From: an uncultured bacterium
GTDB taxonomy: Bacteria > Babelota > Babeliae > Babelales > Vermiphilaceae
Length of the DNA: 64,000 nt
Assembly (NCBI GenBank): GCA_963702025.1
Contig: OY969699.1
Coordinates: 768,001 to 832,000 of the forward strand
Reading direction: 5' to 3'
Shown here: positions 1 through 9,944 of the stretch, one piece after another
How the letters are laid out: each line of letters begins with the position of its first letter
Numbering within the stretch: the stretch's first letter is position 1
Translations under genes and position numbers: made by a program
Notes under the pieces: generated by a model
Database searches by the model: none
Seen by the model: the letters and a program-made list of their open reading frames with translations, nothing else
Told to the model about the DNA's origin: nothing

Positions 1-1005
1 GCCGGCCAAGCAATGGGCAATTTAATGTATCAACCGGCATTTATACTACCGTTGGTTGCCTTATTATTCTATCTATCCCTTGCTATGATCGGTGTGTTCG
101 ATTTATATATTCCCCGCTTCTTACAACCGCGTGATCATCAAGTTACGGGTGGATCTTTTATTTCTGCCTTTGCATTTGGCGCCGTGAGCGGCATCGTGGC
201 ATCGCCATGCCTTTCTCCGGGACTTGTATGTTTGTTATGTTTAGTTACCACGTTGGGAAGCAAACTGATCGGCTTTCTTCTTCTCTTTTCGTTCGGTATA
301 GGTCTTGGCATTCCTCTCTTGATTATCGGAACATTTTCAAGTTCACTTTCATTACTCCCGCAAGCGGGAATGTGGATGGTGGAAGTAAAAAAAATATTCG
401 GCTTTTTTATGATGGGCATGTGTTTTTATTTCCTTGATCCGATTTTGCCCTCATTTGCCAAAATGATATTAATCCCGCTCTTTATAGCCGCAATCGGCAT
501 TTATTATATTTTCTATGGTATTAAAACTCATTCCCGCACACTGCGGCTCATAAGTATGGCGCTTGGTTTGCTCTTACTCATCGCCGCTGGATTTATTGCT
601 GCCAAATCATATTTAGAGGGGCAAAATACCCAAGAACAAAAAGAAACATTCTGGAAATCGAATTATCAAGATGCCCTTAAAGAAGCACAAAGTTCTGGTA
701 AAAAGATATTTCTTGATATCAGCGCACCATTTTGCTCAATATGCAAAGCAATTGAAAAAAGCATATTTGCCGATGATCGCGTAAAAAATGCATTGACCGC
801 CATTGCGATACCGATAAAGATTGATGGTTCTGCTACCCAAAATGCGTCCGTTATGAAACAATTTAATGTCCTTGGTTTCCCCACGATCTTATTAATTAAC
901 CCTGAAACGCAGACCATTATTAAACAATGGGGACCGGAACTGTATGACAAACCATTTGAACAATTTATTAACGAGCTTGAATCCGTTGCAACCAGCAAAG
1001 GTTAA
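1..1005 (+). CDS. dsbD: DsbD-family thiol:disulfide interchange protein, 5'-truncated by the window edge
   Basis: Frame is open from base 1. Multi-TM region with ASPCLSP, followed by a C-terminal thioredoxin fold (APFCSIC, GFPT cis-Pro motif). Confidence 0.8.
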   Translation, partial: AGQAMGNLMYQPAFILPLVALLFYLSLAMIGVFDLYIPRFLQPRDHQVTGGSFISAFAFGAVSGIVASPCLSPGLVCLLCLVTTLGSKLIGFLLLFSFGIGLGIPLLIIGTFSSSLSLLPQAGMWMVEVKKIFGFFMMGMCFYFLDPILPSFAKMILIPLFIAAIGIYYIFYGIKTHSRTLRLISMALGLLLLIAAGFIAAKSYLEGQNTQEQKETFWKSNYQDALKEAQSSGKKIFLDISAPFCSICKAIEKSIFADDRVKNALTAIAIPIKIDGSATQNASVMKQFNVLGFPTILLINPETQTIIKQWGPELYDKPFEQFINELESVATSKG

Positions 1006-1008
1006 ACA

Positions 1009-2382
1009 ATGGTTTTATGGCTCCTGAGTTTTGCATTATTGCTAATGGGTCATTTGAGCTTTTCAGTTGAATGGACCAATTGGGGAAACACCCAACACTG
1101 CTCACCCGAAAAAATAGTGTACCCTAAAACGCTGGAAGATGTGCAAGAAATCATTCGGGATGCTGCCAAAAACAAAATACCACTTAAAGCAATAGGATCA
1201 GGCCATTCCTGGAGTGATTTAGTATGCACATCCGGTTATTTAATCAATACTGATTCGCTTAATAAAGTTATCTGGATCGACACACAAAAATACAGAATAA
1301 AGGTTCAGGCGGGAATAAAATTAAAAGCGCTCATTAAAGAGCTGGCAAAAAACGGCCTCACTCTTGGCAATCAAGGTTTTATTACCGAACAGAGTATTGC
1401 CGGGGCTATTGCTACCGCAACACATGGAACCGGCAAAGCATATAGCCTTTCTGATTATATTATCGGCATGGAGATTATTGATAATAACGGCAATCTTTAT
1501 GAAATTTCTGACACTATTCATAGTGAGTGGCTCCCTTATACTCGTGTTGCATTAGGAGCTTTAGGGTTTGTGTACACGGTGACTATTCAGTGTGAACCGT
1601 TATACAACGTAAAGCATAGCCGTAAACTCCACGATTTAAATCAAACAGTAGAGCAGTATAGCCATTTATATGATGCCCATGACTTTTTTATGTTCATGTA
1701 TAAACCACATGGCCCGGACGCACTTGTTTTTACCTGGGATCGCACAACTGAGCCGGTAAACACCTACTACACCAACTATATACTCAACGATCTTCTATTT
1801 CACAAATTCCTTAATTATGCAGCAATCACTATGTTATCGCGCTATAAAACAGTGTCATCAGCATGCCTGGAGCTTGGATTATCGGGATTGCAGATGAGCG
1901 AACATGTGGAATACGCACACATCAGTTTATCACCCATCAAAACACCATTGGGCGTACAATGGTACATTGAAGAAGAAATCGCCATACCATTTGAGGAATT
2001 TCCTAACGCCTTTCAAAAAGTGAATGAATTATATACTCGATATGATCCCTTGGGCACAGAGCTTATTAGCATGGTAACCTGCCGATTTGGTCCATCAACA
2101 CAAAGTTCTTTCCTCAATCCATGTTTTGGTAGAAAAACAGCGTATATTACTATTAATATTATGAATTATTTTGATAATTATGAGCAATTTTTTAAAGATT
2201 TTGAAGCTCTCATGGAGCCGTATCACGGACGCCCACACTGGGGAAAGTTTCATTATTTAGATAAATCCAAAATTGAAAAACTTTATGGCATGCAAACTAT
2301 TGCAAAATTTAACCAACTAAGGTCTATACTTGATCCATATAATCTTTGGACAAATTATTTTGTACAACGATGCTTAATGTAA
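1009..2382 (+). CDS. FAD-linked aldonolactone oxidase (GULO/ALO family) with N-terminal signal-like peptide
   Basis: W-x-NW start of domain, GSGHSWS FAD site, GAIATATHG, C-terminal GRPHWGK and LDP motifs. Confidence 0.85.
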   Translation: MVLWLLSFALLLMGHLSFSVEWTNWGNTQHCSPEKIVYPKTLEDVQEIIRDAAKNKIPLKAIGSGHSWSDLVCTSGYLINTDSLNKVIWIDTQKYRIKVQAGIKLKALIKELAKNGLTLGNQGFITEQSIAGAIATATHGTGKAYSLSDYIIGMEIIDNNGNLYEISDTIHSEWLPYTRVALGALGFVYTVTIQCEPLYNVKHSRKLHDLNQTVEQYSHLYDAHDFFMFMYKPHGPDALVFTWDRTTEPVNTYYTNYILNDLLFHKFLNYAAITMLSRYKTVSSACLELGLSGLQMSEHVEYAHISLSPIKTPLGVQWYIEEEIAIPFEEFPNAFQKVNELYTRYDPLGTELISMVTCRFGPSTQSSFLNPCFGRKTAYITINIMNYFDNYEQFFKDFEALMEPYHGRPHWGKFHYLDKSKIEKLYGMQTIAKFNQLRSILDPYNLWTNYFVQRCLM

Positions 2383-2407
2383 CAATAATTTTTTGCATAG
2401 GACAGCT

Positions 2408-2905
2408 ATGAAAATAATCACAGCGATCGTCGGCAGTATTTTACTTTCTGCCACCTCTTGCCAAAATATGGAAATTACAGAAGAAAAAAAATTAACAAAA
2501 CAACAATTAGCATACTTCATCAAAACAAATCACAATGTTAATGCGGTACCCAATAAGCCAATCAGTATTCACGAAGAGATTATGAACTATCAAATTGACT
2601 GGCGTGAAAAAGCAGAACTAAGTCTTTTAGAACGGAACTCCGAGGAATTTCTCAAAGCACTCAGTCATATCAACTCCGTCAATTTGCGCACATGTCTTAT
2701 TAACGCATACAACACGCTGGCACAGCCGCCAAATAAAAAATCCCACATAATCGTGGGATACCCCTACGGTCAAAATAAAACTTCTAAAAACAAAAAGGTG
2801 CATATAATTGTCGGTGAGCATACTTACGGTGGAGATAAGGGTTCAAAAATAATCTATACGCAGCAGTTAATTAATAAAAAGAAATATAAGCCCACTACTG
2901 AATAG
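2408..2905 (+). CDS. Hypothetical exported protein
   Basis: AGGA RBS before ATG 2408, hydrophobic N-terminus, internal duplicated KKxHIIVG-x(2-3)-YG motif. Confidence 0.6.
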   Translation: MKIITAIVGSILLSATSCQNMEITEEKKLTKQQLAYFIKTNHNVNAVPNKPISIHEEIMNYQIDWREKAELSLLERNSEEFLKALSHINSVNLRTCLINAYNTLAQPPNKKSHIIVGYPYGQNKTSKNKKVHIIVGEHTYGGDKGSKIIYTQQLINKKKYKPTTE

Positions 2906-2976
2906 CACACCAGTTCTTTTTTTGTGCAGTTTGTTTAGCTAATTCTTCTTCTTTCAAAGAGCTTTTTCCCGCTTTT

Positions 2977-3321
2977 TTATCGTTGTTTTTTAAAATCTTC
3001 ATGCCTGCCGACCATTTTACGATCTTCAACACGCTTATCTTTCATTTTTCTCAGTTGTAAATACATACCGTCAATCACATCATCGAGCACCTGATAAATC
3101 TCAGTACCCTCTTTATGGACATCCAAAGCATAATTGGGTGATTTCAATACAAAATCAACTTCATGATGCGCATGGGTGTGGCCGGGCTTTATAAAAATTT
3201 CTAGATAAATCGGAGAGCGTTCGTGCTGTAAAAAATGAGTAATTTTTGCAAGCTGTTCATTAATATATTTCTCCATTACCGCAGAGGAATCACAATTCTT
3301 AAACGTAATTTGAATATTCAT
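2977..3321 (-). CDS. hpf: Ribosome hibernation factor HPF/RaiA
   Basis: MNIQITFKN start with GGAG RBS; 114 aa; typical HPF pattern (Y..LD..ID....QLRK.K.K). Confidence 0.85.
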   Translation of the reverse strand: MNIQITFKNCDSSAVMEKYINEQLAKITHFLQHERSPIYLEIFIKPGHTHAHHEVDFVLKSPNYALDVHKEGTEIYQVLDDVIDGMYLQLRKMKDKRVEDRKMVGRHEDFKKQR

Positions 3322-3389
3322 GGAATCTCCTAATATTTGTACTATCTTCCCAAATTGTACATGAATTCGGCCCACAAGGGAATTCTGTG

Positions 3390-3869
3390 CTAGCTCTTTG
3401 CAATACTCGCATTAATCGATTCAAATTTTTTCATAAGATTATGCCGGAGTACTTTATTATGCATTTTACTAAGCACCAATTGTTGTACCGGTTCATTGAC
3501 AATAAAGACTAATTCCGCACTCGTTGCGGGTACCATTTCCGTTGCCCATGCTAGCTCAGTACCAGTATCATCAATATCATCTTGTATAAAAGCAAGACGA
3601 GCTACTACCGCTTTAAAATAACGAGAATATACTTTTGAGCGTGGGTCTTGTGGATTTTTTTGATAAAATTCTTTTACCTTATCTCCCAAGCTGTCTAAAA
3701 GATCGGGTGCATGTTTTATATAAAGTAAATCAAAATTTTTAATCTCACAAACATCTTTTTCCTCAGTTATTCCGGCAATAAAAGGATTAATACTCATCGG
3801 CTCAGGATTTATAGGAGCGTGTTGATTTGCAAGGAGAAAACTGCCCAAGCAAAGCGATAAAAACTGCAT
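3390..3869 (-). CDS. Hypothetical protein
   Basis: 159-aa ORF with GAGG RBS; no family recognised. Confidence 0.6.
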   Translation of the reverse strand: MQFLSLCLGSFLLANQHAPINPEPMSINPFIAGITEEKDVCEIKNFDLLYIKHAPDLLDSLGDKVKEFYQKNPQDPRSKVYSRYFKAVVARLAFIQDDIDDTGTELAWATEMVPATSAELVFIVNEPVQQLVLSKMHNKVLRHNLMKKFESINASIAKS

Positions 3870-4028
3870 TCTAGCCTCTTTTTTTGAATTAACGGACCTT
3901 TTTAACAGGTCAAGTATAGCAAGTTTAGCTATAGATTACTCCATACTATTGCTTTTTTAATACAATATCTACTAAATTTATATTAGTAATTAATTCTATG
4001 AGTATTTTATTATTTGAGGAGCATTCTT

Positions 4029-4673
4029 ATGAATAGTAATAGAAAAATCACATATACTGCGTTACAAAATCTAGTTAGATTCTCAACTCTCATTCTTTTA
4101 TTTTCTCTAAATTCTCTCGCAATGGAAACAACTATAGAAAATGTTGAAGGGGAAAGGATAAAAACTACAAGGACAACAGTTAAGGACTTTAAGCCCAGAG
4201 AATTCCAATTTTTGTCTGCTGATACCCAAGAAGCAGGCACAATGTGGTTACGTGTTAATAATAAAACACATAGTCCATACTTCATAGAAACTTTGGGTGG
4301 CGATTCTTATGCAACAATACCGCCAAGAAGTGAAATATTCATTGAGACACCAATTCCTATTATACCGGCACGATTAACCGGTTTTCCTGATTATGTAAGA
4401 ACAACATCATTATTAGTAAAAAATAAAGACAAGACTAATCTCTTGCTATTGAAAGCTAGTAGAGATGGCCAAAATGGTACTTTTGGTGCGATACTTTCTT
4501 TTCGACAAGTATATTGGCTTTATTATTTTTCGAGTCCATATAATAAAGCTCCCCAACAAGAGATCATTCGATTCGATCCAACAAAGGGGAAAGACTCTTG
4601 GGTAATCCAACTTACTCTTAAAGGCGAAAATCTTGTTGATTCAAAAATTGAAATACTATCCATTCAAAAATAA
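4029..4673 (+). CDS. Hypothetical exported protein
   Basis: GAGGAG RBS before ATG 4029; signal-like stretch ending SLA|MET. Confidence 0.7.
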   Translation: MNSNRKITYTALQNLVRFSTLILLFSLNSLAMETTIENVEGERIKTTRTTVKDFKPREFQFLSADTQEAGTMWLRVNNKTHSPYFIETLGGDSYATIPPRSEIFIETPIPIIPARLTGFPDYVRTTSLLVKNKDKTNLLLLKASRDGQNGTFGAILSFRQVYWLYYFSSPYNKAPQQEIIRFDPTKGKDSWVIQLTLKGENLVDSKIEILSIQK

Positions 4674-4777
4674 CTCTGCCTATTACGGCAAGCGCATTAT
4701 TCGTTGTTGGTTCAGCATTTGCACCCCAAAAGATCATAAGGGATTACCCGCCAACAATATCTCCTGAAGCTACTGGT

Positions 4778-5305
4778 TTGATATCTGCTGCAAGAGCTGG
4801 CGACCTTGCAAAAGTACGATCACTTCTCGCTCAAGGGAAAGTTACGGTTCATACAACCGGGCCATTAAAAGTTACCGCACTTGCTGCAGCGATACCATCA
4901 GGAAATGTAAATTTGGTACAATTTCTTGTTAGTCAAGGTTCTGATGTAAATGTAAACATTGCCGGAACCACGCCATTATCACGTGCAATTAATGCACGTA
5001 GTGTTGAGATGGTAAAAATACTGCTCAATGCGGGAGCAAATCCGAACTTTATTGGCAAGGGCCAGCAGCCACTGTTACATTTAGCCATTATACAGGGAAA
5101 ACCCGAGATCGTTGCCTTGTTACTTGAGCATGGCGCTAGTCTCAAACAAAAAAATGATCTTGGTGAAACACTTTTAGCTTATGCACAAAGGCTTGTTGAA
5201 GAAGGCAATAAAGAAATCAAGCCCATACTTGACCTCTTAACAAAATGGCTTTTAGAAAGCCAGAAAAAATATGTAAAATCATGGCAAGAGAAAATTAACT
5301 ATTAA
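4778..5305 (+). CDS. Ankyrin-repeat protein (true start uncertain; frame open from 4652)
   Basis: About 4 ankyrin repeats (TALAAA, TPLSRA, LLHLAI, LLEHGA). Confidence 0.85.
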   Translation: MISAARAGDLAKVRSLLAQGKVTVHTTGPLKVTALAAAIPSGNVNLVQFLVSQGSDVNVNIAGTTPLSRAINARSVEMVKILLNAGANPNFIGKGQQPLLHLAIIQGKPEIVALLLEHGASLKQKNDLGETLLAYAQRLVEEGNKEIKPILDLLTKWLLESQKKYVKSWQEKINY

Positions 5306-6615
5306 GAGGGCCTTCGAGTCAAGAATTTAATGGGAACACCCTGAAGATCATATTTTGACCGCAACACATTATCAAAGAATCCCAACTGCGTTGGTCCAAA
5401 CCAGTCAGGAGTTTCGGTGATCAAAACAATCGTAATGGGATTGCTTGCAATTTGGCGCGCACGTTTGACATGAATCACCATTTGCTGATGATATAATGGC
5501 TTGTAGCGTAACGCTTCTTTGAAAAGAAAGGTTAACTCATCATCGCTCAAGGTTTGCGATGCCCGTTCATACACTTGTTTAACGAGTGGCAATACTTTAC
5601 CAACATTCTTACCCGTTTTGCAGGAAATATGTAATTGTGGAATTTTTTTTAAGAAATAATCATACACACTTAAACTAAAATCCATATCTTTTTTAATATC
5701 TTGATCGGATAAATCATCTTTATTAAAAAGAATAATGAGCGACTTAAAATGTTCAAACACATAGAATGCTAATTTTAATTCTTGATCGGCAATTGCATGG
5801 CTGGATGAATCTATTAAAAGCAATACCACATTCGCTTCATCAACGGCACGAAAAGCACTTTTAACCATCATCGATTCAAGTTTTTCATCAATGGACCGTT
5901 TACGCCGGACGCCGGGCGTATCAGTAACCAATAAATCTTGCTGATAAAAGGTAATTGGTTGAGCCACTGCTTCTCTGGTTGTTCCGGCTATAGGGCTCAC
6001 AATCGCCCGCTCTTGTTGCGCCAAAAGATTCATCAATGAGGATTTGCCAACATTCGGTTTACCCAAAATTACAATCTTGCATGATGTTTCTTTTGGTTCA
6101 ATCGGCGTTGTTTGTGGCGGCAATGCAGCAACTATCTCATCGAGCAAATCGCCTGCCGCTGATCCATGAAGCGCAGAAATAAAAAGTATCGATTTTAAAC
6201 CCAGACGTTGGAATTCAAATTCATGTTCTTGTGTTGCCTTATTATCAACTTTATTGACCACCAAAATTATTTTTTTTCCCAGCTTTCGGCAAGCCTGCAC
6301 CACTTCACGATCTTCATTGGTAACGCCCACTGTGCCATCGCAAACAATAAGCAAAAGATCGGCGCCTTCCATCATGTGCACCGCTCGTTGGCGCACTTGC
6401 TCTTGAATAACATCTTGTGATTTTTTTAAACTAATACCACCGGTATCAATAAGTTCAAAACTCAGGTCTTTCCAAGAAACAATATCACTAATAAAATCGC
6501 GAGTAACACCTTCATAATCAAAAGTCATGCTTTTAGCATTAACTGATAATCGATTAAATAAGGTTGATTTACCAACGTTCATTCTTCCAACAATAACAAC
6601 GCGAGGCAACTTCAT
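5302..6615 (-). CDS. der: Ribosome biogenesis GTPase Der/EngA
   Basis: Two GTPase domains (GRMNVGKS, GKPNVGKS; DTGG/DTPG; NKxD) plus C-terminal KH-like domain. Confidence 0.97.
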   Translation of the reverse strand: MKLPRVVIVGRMNVGKSTLFNRLSVNAKSMTFDYEGVTRDFISDIVSWKDLSFELIDTGGISLKKSQDVIQEQVRQRAVHMMEGADLLLIVCDGTVGVTNEDREVVQACRKLGKKIILVVNKVDNKATQEHEFEFQRLGLKSILFISALHGSAAGDLLDEIVAALPPQTTPIEPKETSCKIVILGKPNVGKSSLMNLLAQQERAIVSPIAGTTREAVAQPITFYQQDLLVTDTPGVRRKRSIDEKLESMMVKSAFRAVDEANVVLLLIDSSSHAIADQELKLAFYVFEHFKSLIILFNKDDLSDQDIKKDMDFSLSVYDYFLKKIPQLHISCKTGKNVGKVLPLVKQVYERASQTLSDDELTFLFKEALRYKPLYHQQMVIHVKRARQIASNPITIVLITETPDWFGPTQLGFFDNVLRSKYDLQGVPIKFLTRRPS

Positions 6616-8360
6616 AAACTTTCATCTCTTAGCTGGGTAATAGTGCCGGGAAAATATTTTAATAATAATGCCGCTTGGGGCCATGTATGTGCATTTGAAA
6701 CATCTAATCGCGGCTCATTGTTCATTGGCATTGTGTATGTCTGAGATCGATAAGAGTTTGATTTAGAAAAAACTTTTTTGGGCTCAGGTGCGATTGCAGT
6801 TTTTTGCACCGTAGTAACGGGTGCCGCCGACTTGGGCATCACCGGTGTCTGTTTTTCGCTCGGAAGAGAATCGCGCGTAAAAAGGGGTTCGATCTCAACT
6901 TTTTTTCCCCATATTTGTTCTAATAACGGTTGCCATTGCGGCTTAGTTGATTGAATGAGATCACTAAAGAAAGTTAATTGCTTAGGAAATGCAATGCGTA
7001 TAATTTCTGATTGCGGATCATACGAATCCACAACCCCCTGTTTAAAAATTGAAGTGAGCAAGGGATCATGCAATAACTCAATTTTTAATACCAAAGTAGC
7101 CCAGAGTGCCGTATTCTCATCTTCATAAACCGGCGTTTCTTGAGAATCACCATCAGATTCATCATCGCCACTTTCATCAAGCGCTTCCAACTCTTGCCCC
7201 TCGTCCGCCGGAGAAGAAGATACCATAGCCGCCGGCATGCTTGAATTGCTATTGCTTTCATTTTTTTTGCAAATGCGCAGCAAAAGAATTTCTAAAAAAG
7301 TATGTTGGGCCGCTGTTTTACGAAATACCGCCTCATTGCGATAAAAAAGTTCTAGAATACCATTAATAGTGCCCAGTGATACACTTTGCGTTAAAAACTG
7401 CAACTGTGAAGTATAGGCAGAAAAATTGCGCGGCACGATGCCATTTTTTATCCATATACATGCTCTGACTAATTCAGTCAGCTGCTTCCATATGAACTCA
7501 GCAGAAAATTTTTCAAGCTCAATTTCTTGCGATAATCGTAAAAAATCGGCGCCAGATTTATGCAAAACCGTTTCAAATAATCGCAATAATCGTTCTTCAT
7601 CCAGCTGACCCAAAACGTTATACACTGCCTCTTTTGAAACAGAGGAATCAGAAAAACGAACTTGTTCAAGAAGATTAAGCGCATCCCGCACCGATCCATT
7701 GGTCTCTTTAATAATAAGAGAAAGCGCTTGTTCATCATAGGCTATTGATTCAGCATCACAAATAGCTATCAAATGTGCTAACAACTCTTTTTGTTCAACC
7801 GGTCTAAAATAGACAGCAAAACATCGCGAGCGAACAGTTTCAATAATTTTTTGCGTATCAGTGGTTGCTAAAATAAAGATAACCGTTGCCGGTGGTTCTT
7901 CCATTAATTTTAAAAATGCATTAAATGCTGCCTTGCTCAACATATGCGCTTCATCAATTAAATAAATTTTTTTCCGCGCCATTAACGGCAACAAACCGGC
8001 AGAATCTATTATTTGACGTACGTTATCAACACCGGTGTGTGATGCAGCATCGATTTCTATAAAATCTGGATGTTTTCCCGCTGCGATTGCCCGGCATGAA
8101 ATGCATATGAGACACGGAACCGCATGTGATTTATGATCTTTTTGAAAATCAATTAAACGGTCGCAATTAATTGCTGCGGCAAAAACGCGTGCAGTACTGG
8201 TTTTACCACATCCTTTTTGCCCGGAAAAAAGATAGACCGGGAAATACTGATCAAGATATAAGCTATTTTTAAGCATCCTGATCGATAGTTCCTGACCAAC
8301 AATCTGATCAAAGTTTTTTGATCGCCATTTGCGTGCAAGATTTAGATTCTGGGTATTCAT
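6612..8360 (-). CDS. dnaX: DNA polymerase III subunit gamma/tau
   Basis: LARKWR, GQKGCGKT Walker A, EIDAAS, DEAHML, SRC motif. Confidence 0.97.
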   Translation of the reverse strand: MNTQNLNLARKWRSKNFDQIVGQELSIRMLKNSLYLDQYFPVYLFSGQKGCGKTSTARVFAAAINCDRLIDFQKDHKSHAVPCLICISCRAIAAGKHPDFIEIDAASHTGVDNVRQIIDSAGLLPLMARKKIYLIDEAHMLSKAAFNAFLKLMEEPPATVIFILATTDTQKIIETVRSRCFAVYFRPVEQKELLAHLIAICDAESIAYDEQALSLIIKETNGSVRDALNLLEQVRFSDSSVSKEAVYNVLGQLDEERLLRLFETVLHKSGADFLRLSQEIELEKFSAEFIWKQLTELVRACIWIKNGIVPRNFSAYTSQLQFLTQSVSLGTINGILELFYRNEAVFRKTAAQHTFLEILLLRICKKNESNSNSSMPAAMVSSSPADEGQELEALDESGDDESDGDSQETPVYEDENTALWATLVLKIELLHDPLLTSIFKQGVVDSYDPQSEIIRIAFPKQLTFFSDLIQSTKPQWQPLLEQIWGKKVEIEPLFTRDSLPSEKQTPVMPKSAAPVTTVQKTAIAPEPKKVFSKSNSYRSQTYTMPMNNEPRLDVSNAHTWPQAALLLKYFPGTITQLRDESL

Positions 8361-8433
8361 GATGGCACCGTGCCGGTATTGTGATGAAGTTTAATCAATT
8401 TATTATTTTAAAATCCGCTTTTTAATTTAAAAC

Positions 8434-8519
8434 TGGGAAGCAAACTACAAGATCGGTTATCCCTGCTGCTTCCTTTCGGATCTGACAGATTCTACAACCT
8501 ATCTTTATTTTGCTTCCCA
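8434..8519 (-). ncRNA. ffs: Signal recognition particle RNA (4.5S-type)
   Basis: Minus strand carries GTCAGATCCGAAAGGAAGCAGC (domain IV core), closed by a TGGGAAGCAAA/TTTGCTTCCCA terminal stem; lies upstream of dnaX. Confidence 0.92.
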
Positions 8520-8664
8520 TATTTGTTCAGTTTCTAAGAAAACTGTTCATATTGCTTTTTAATGTTACTACTTCACTAATCGAAAATCGGCAGTCTTCGC
8601 ATGTTTCTTTCAATCTTTTTTGTTCTTCCTTAGTAACTGGCCGTGCCATCCGTCTTCGCTTTCA

Positions 8665-8902
8665 TCCCTCGACATTGCTCGGGAGTAAACGCATCCTTCC
8701 GCTCATCCTGAGGAGCAACGTAAGGTGCGTCTTGAAGGACACCGGACTTTGGGCATTAAGGAATTATCCTTAACTGGCTCTACTTCGCTGCCTAAGCAGC
8801 TACGAAGGGCATACTTCGCATAGTGCTATTGATGTCAAAGGTTTAATTAAATCATTCCGTTAAAGAAACTGGCCTGCCATACGAAGCCTTGGCGAAGTAT
8901 GG
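8665..8902. repeat. Cluster of palindromic intergenic repeats (types A, B, C)
   Basis: TCCCTCGACATTGCTCGGGAGTAAACGC; CCGCTCATCCTGAG..hairpin..TTGAAGGA; CTTCGCTG..CAGCTACGAAG; CCATACGAAGCCTTGGCGAAGTATGG. Each has relatives elsewhere in the window. Confidence 0.8.
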
Positions 8903-8991
8903 TGGAGAGAGAGGGATTCGAACCCTCGATGCCTTTTTCAAGACATACACGATTTCCAATCGTGCTCTTTCGACCACTCAGACATCTCTCC
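8900..8991 (-). tRNA. tRNA-Ser(GGA)
   Basis: GGAGAGA/TCTCTCC acceptor stem, anticodon arm CACGA-TTGGAAA-TCGTG, long variable arm, GGTTCGAATCC, encoded CCA. Confidence 0.97.
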
Positions 8992-8999
8992 AATTTTAA

Positions 9000-9932
9000 T
9001 TATTCAGGCTTCTTTGTCTTATTTATTGGACGTCGAGGGCCACGATTTTTGCCCATATCATCATCGAATCTTTTACGCGGTCCACCAACACGAGGAGCTG
9101 CGGGCGCTGATGACTCACCACCACGGCGCGCACGTCGCTTGGTTGCCTCATCCTCTTCGCCGACTTCAATAAAGGTTAAATCTACCTGTTCTTTATTAGC
9201 AGCCGCTTCTTCACGTCTTTCAATCTGTTTCGTTTCCGCTACGGCAACACCTTTACGTACCGCTTCACCAAGATAATCAACCACTAATTTGATAGCGCGA
9301 GGTGCATCATCATTGCCTGGAATAACGTAATCAACTAATGATGGATCAGCATTTGTATCAACAAGTGCAACCACTGGAACTCCCATACGCGCGGCTTCTT
9401 TAAGCGCAGAACGCTCTTTGAGAATATCAACTAGAACAATGGCACCAACTGGCCATGTCAAGGAGCGAATGCCGCCAACGTTTTTCTTAAGGCGTTCAAC
9501 CGCTTTTTGAATAACGTTCAACTCTTTTTTGGTGTAAAATGGAAACTTCTCAGATCGCGCCAATACATCTTCATAGTGTAACAGCTTTGTTCGTGATTTG
9601 GTCACTTGCGAATAGTTGCTCAGCGTGCCGCCTATCCAACGATGGGTAACATAAGGCATATTAACGCCAGTTGCAACTGAATGCACTATATCTTGTGCCG
9701 CTTTTTTGGTACCAACCCACAAAATAAGCTTACCTTCAGCAGCTACCGACTCTAAAAAATGAGCTGCTTTTTCTAGCTGGTGGGCTGTTTTTGAAATATC
9801 AATCAGACTAACGTTATTCTTACTGCCCCATATATAGGGGTCCATTTTAGGGTTACGCCGTGATTTTTGGTGTCCCCAATGTATTCCTGATTTAACTAAT
9901 GCTTCGAAAAAAGATCTTTGTTGATCTGCCAT
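9000..9932 (-). CDS. rpsB: 30S ribosomal protein S2
   Basis: GIHWGH, NPKM, RWIGGTLSN, VDTNADP, IPGNDDA motifs. Confidence 0.98.
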   Translation of the reverse strand: MADQQRSFFEALVKSGIHWGHQKSRRNPKMDPYIWGSKNNVSLIDISKTAHQLEKAAHFLESVAAEGKLILWVGTKKAAQDIVHSVATGVNMPYVTHRWIGGTLSNYSQVTKSRTKLLHYEDVLARSEKFPFYTKKELNVIQKAVERLKKNVGGIRSLTWPVGAIVLVDILKERSALKEAARMGVPVVALVDTNADPSLVDYVIPGNDDAPRAIKLVVDYLGEAVRKGVAVAETKQIERREEAAANKEQVDLTFIEVGEEDEATKRRARRGGESSAPAAPRVGGPRKRFDDDMGKNRGPRRPINKTKKPE

Positions 9933-9944
9933 AATAGTATCCTT

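Noticed and set aside
8510..8773. 87-aa plus-strand ORF
   Set aside because: Runs through the SRP RNA end and palindromic repeats; no RBS or protein-like features.
8899..9276. 125-aa plus-strand ORF
   Set aside because: Antisense to tRNA-Ser and rpsB.
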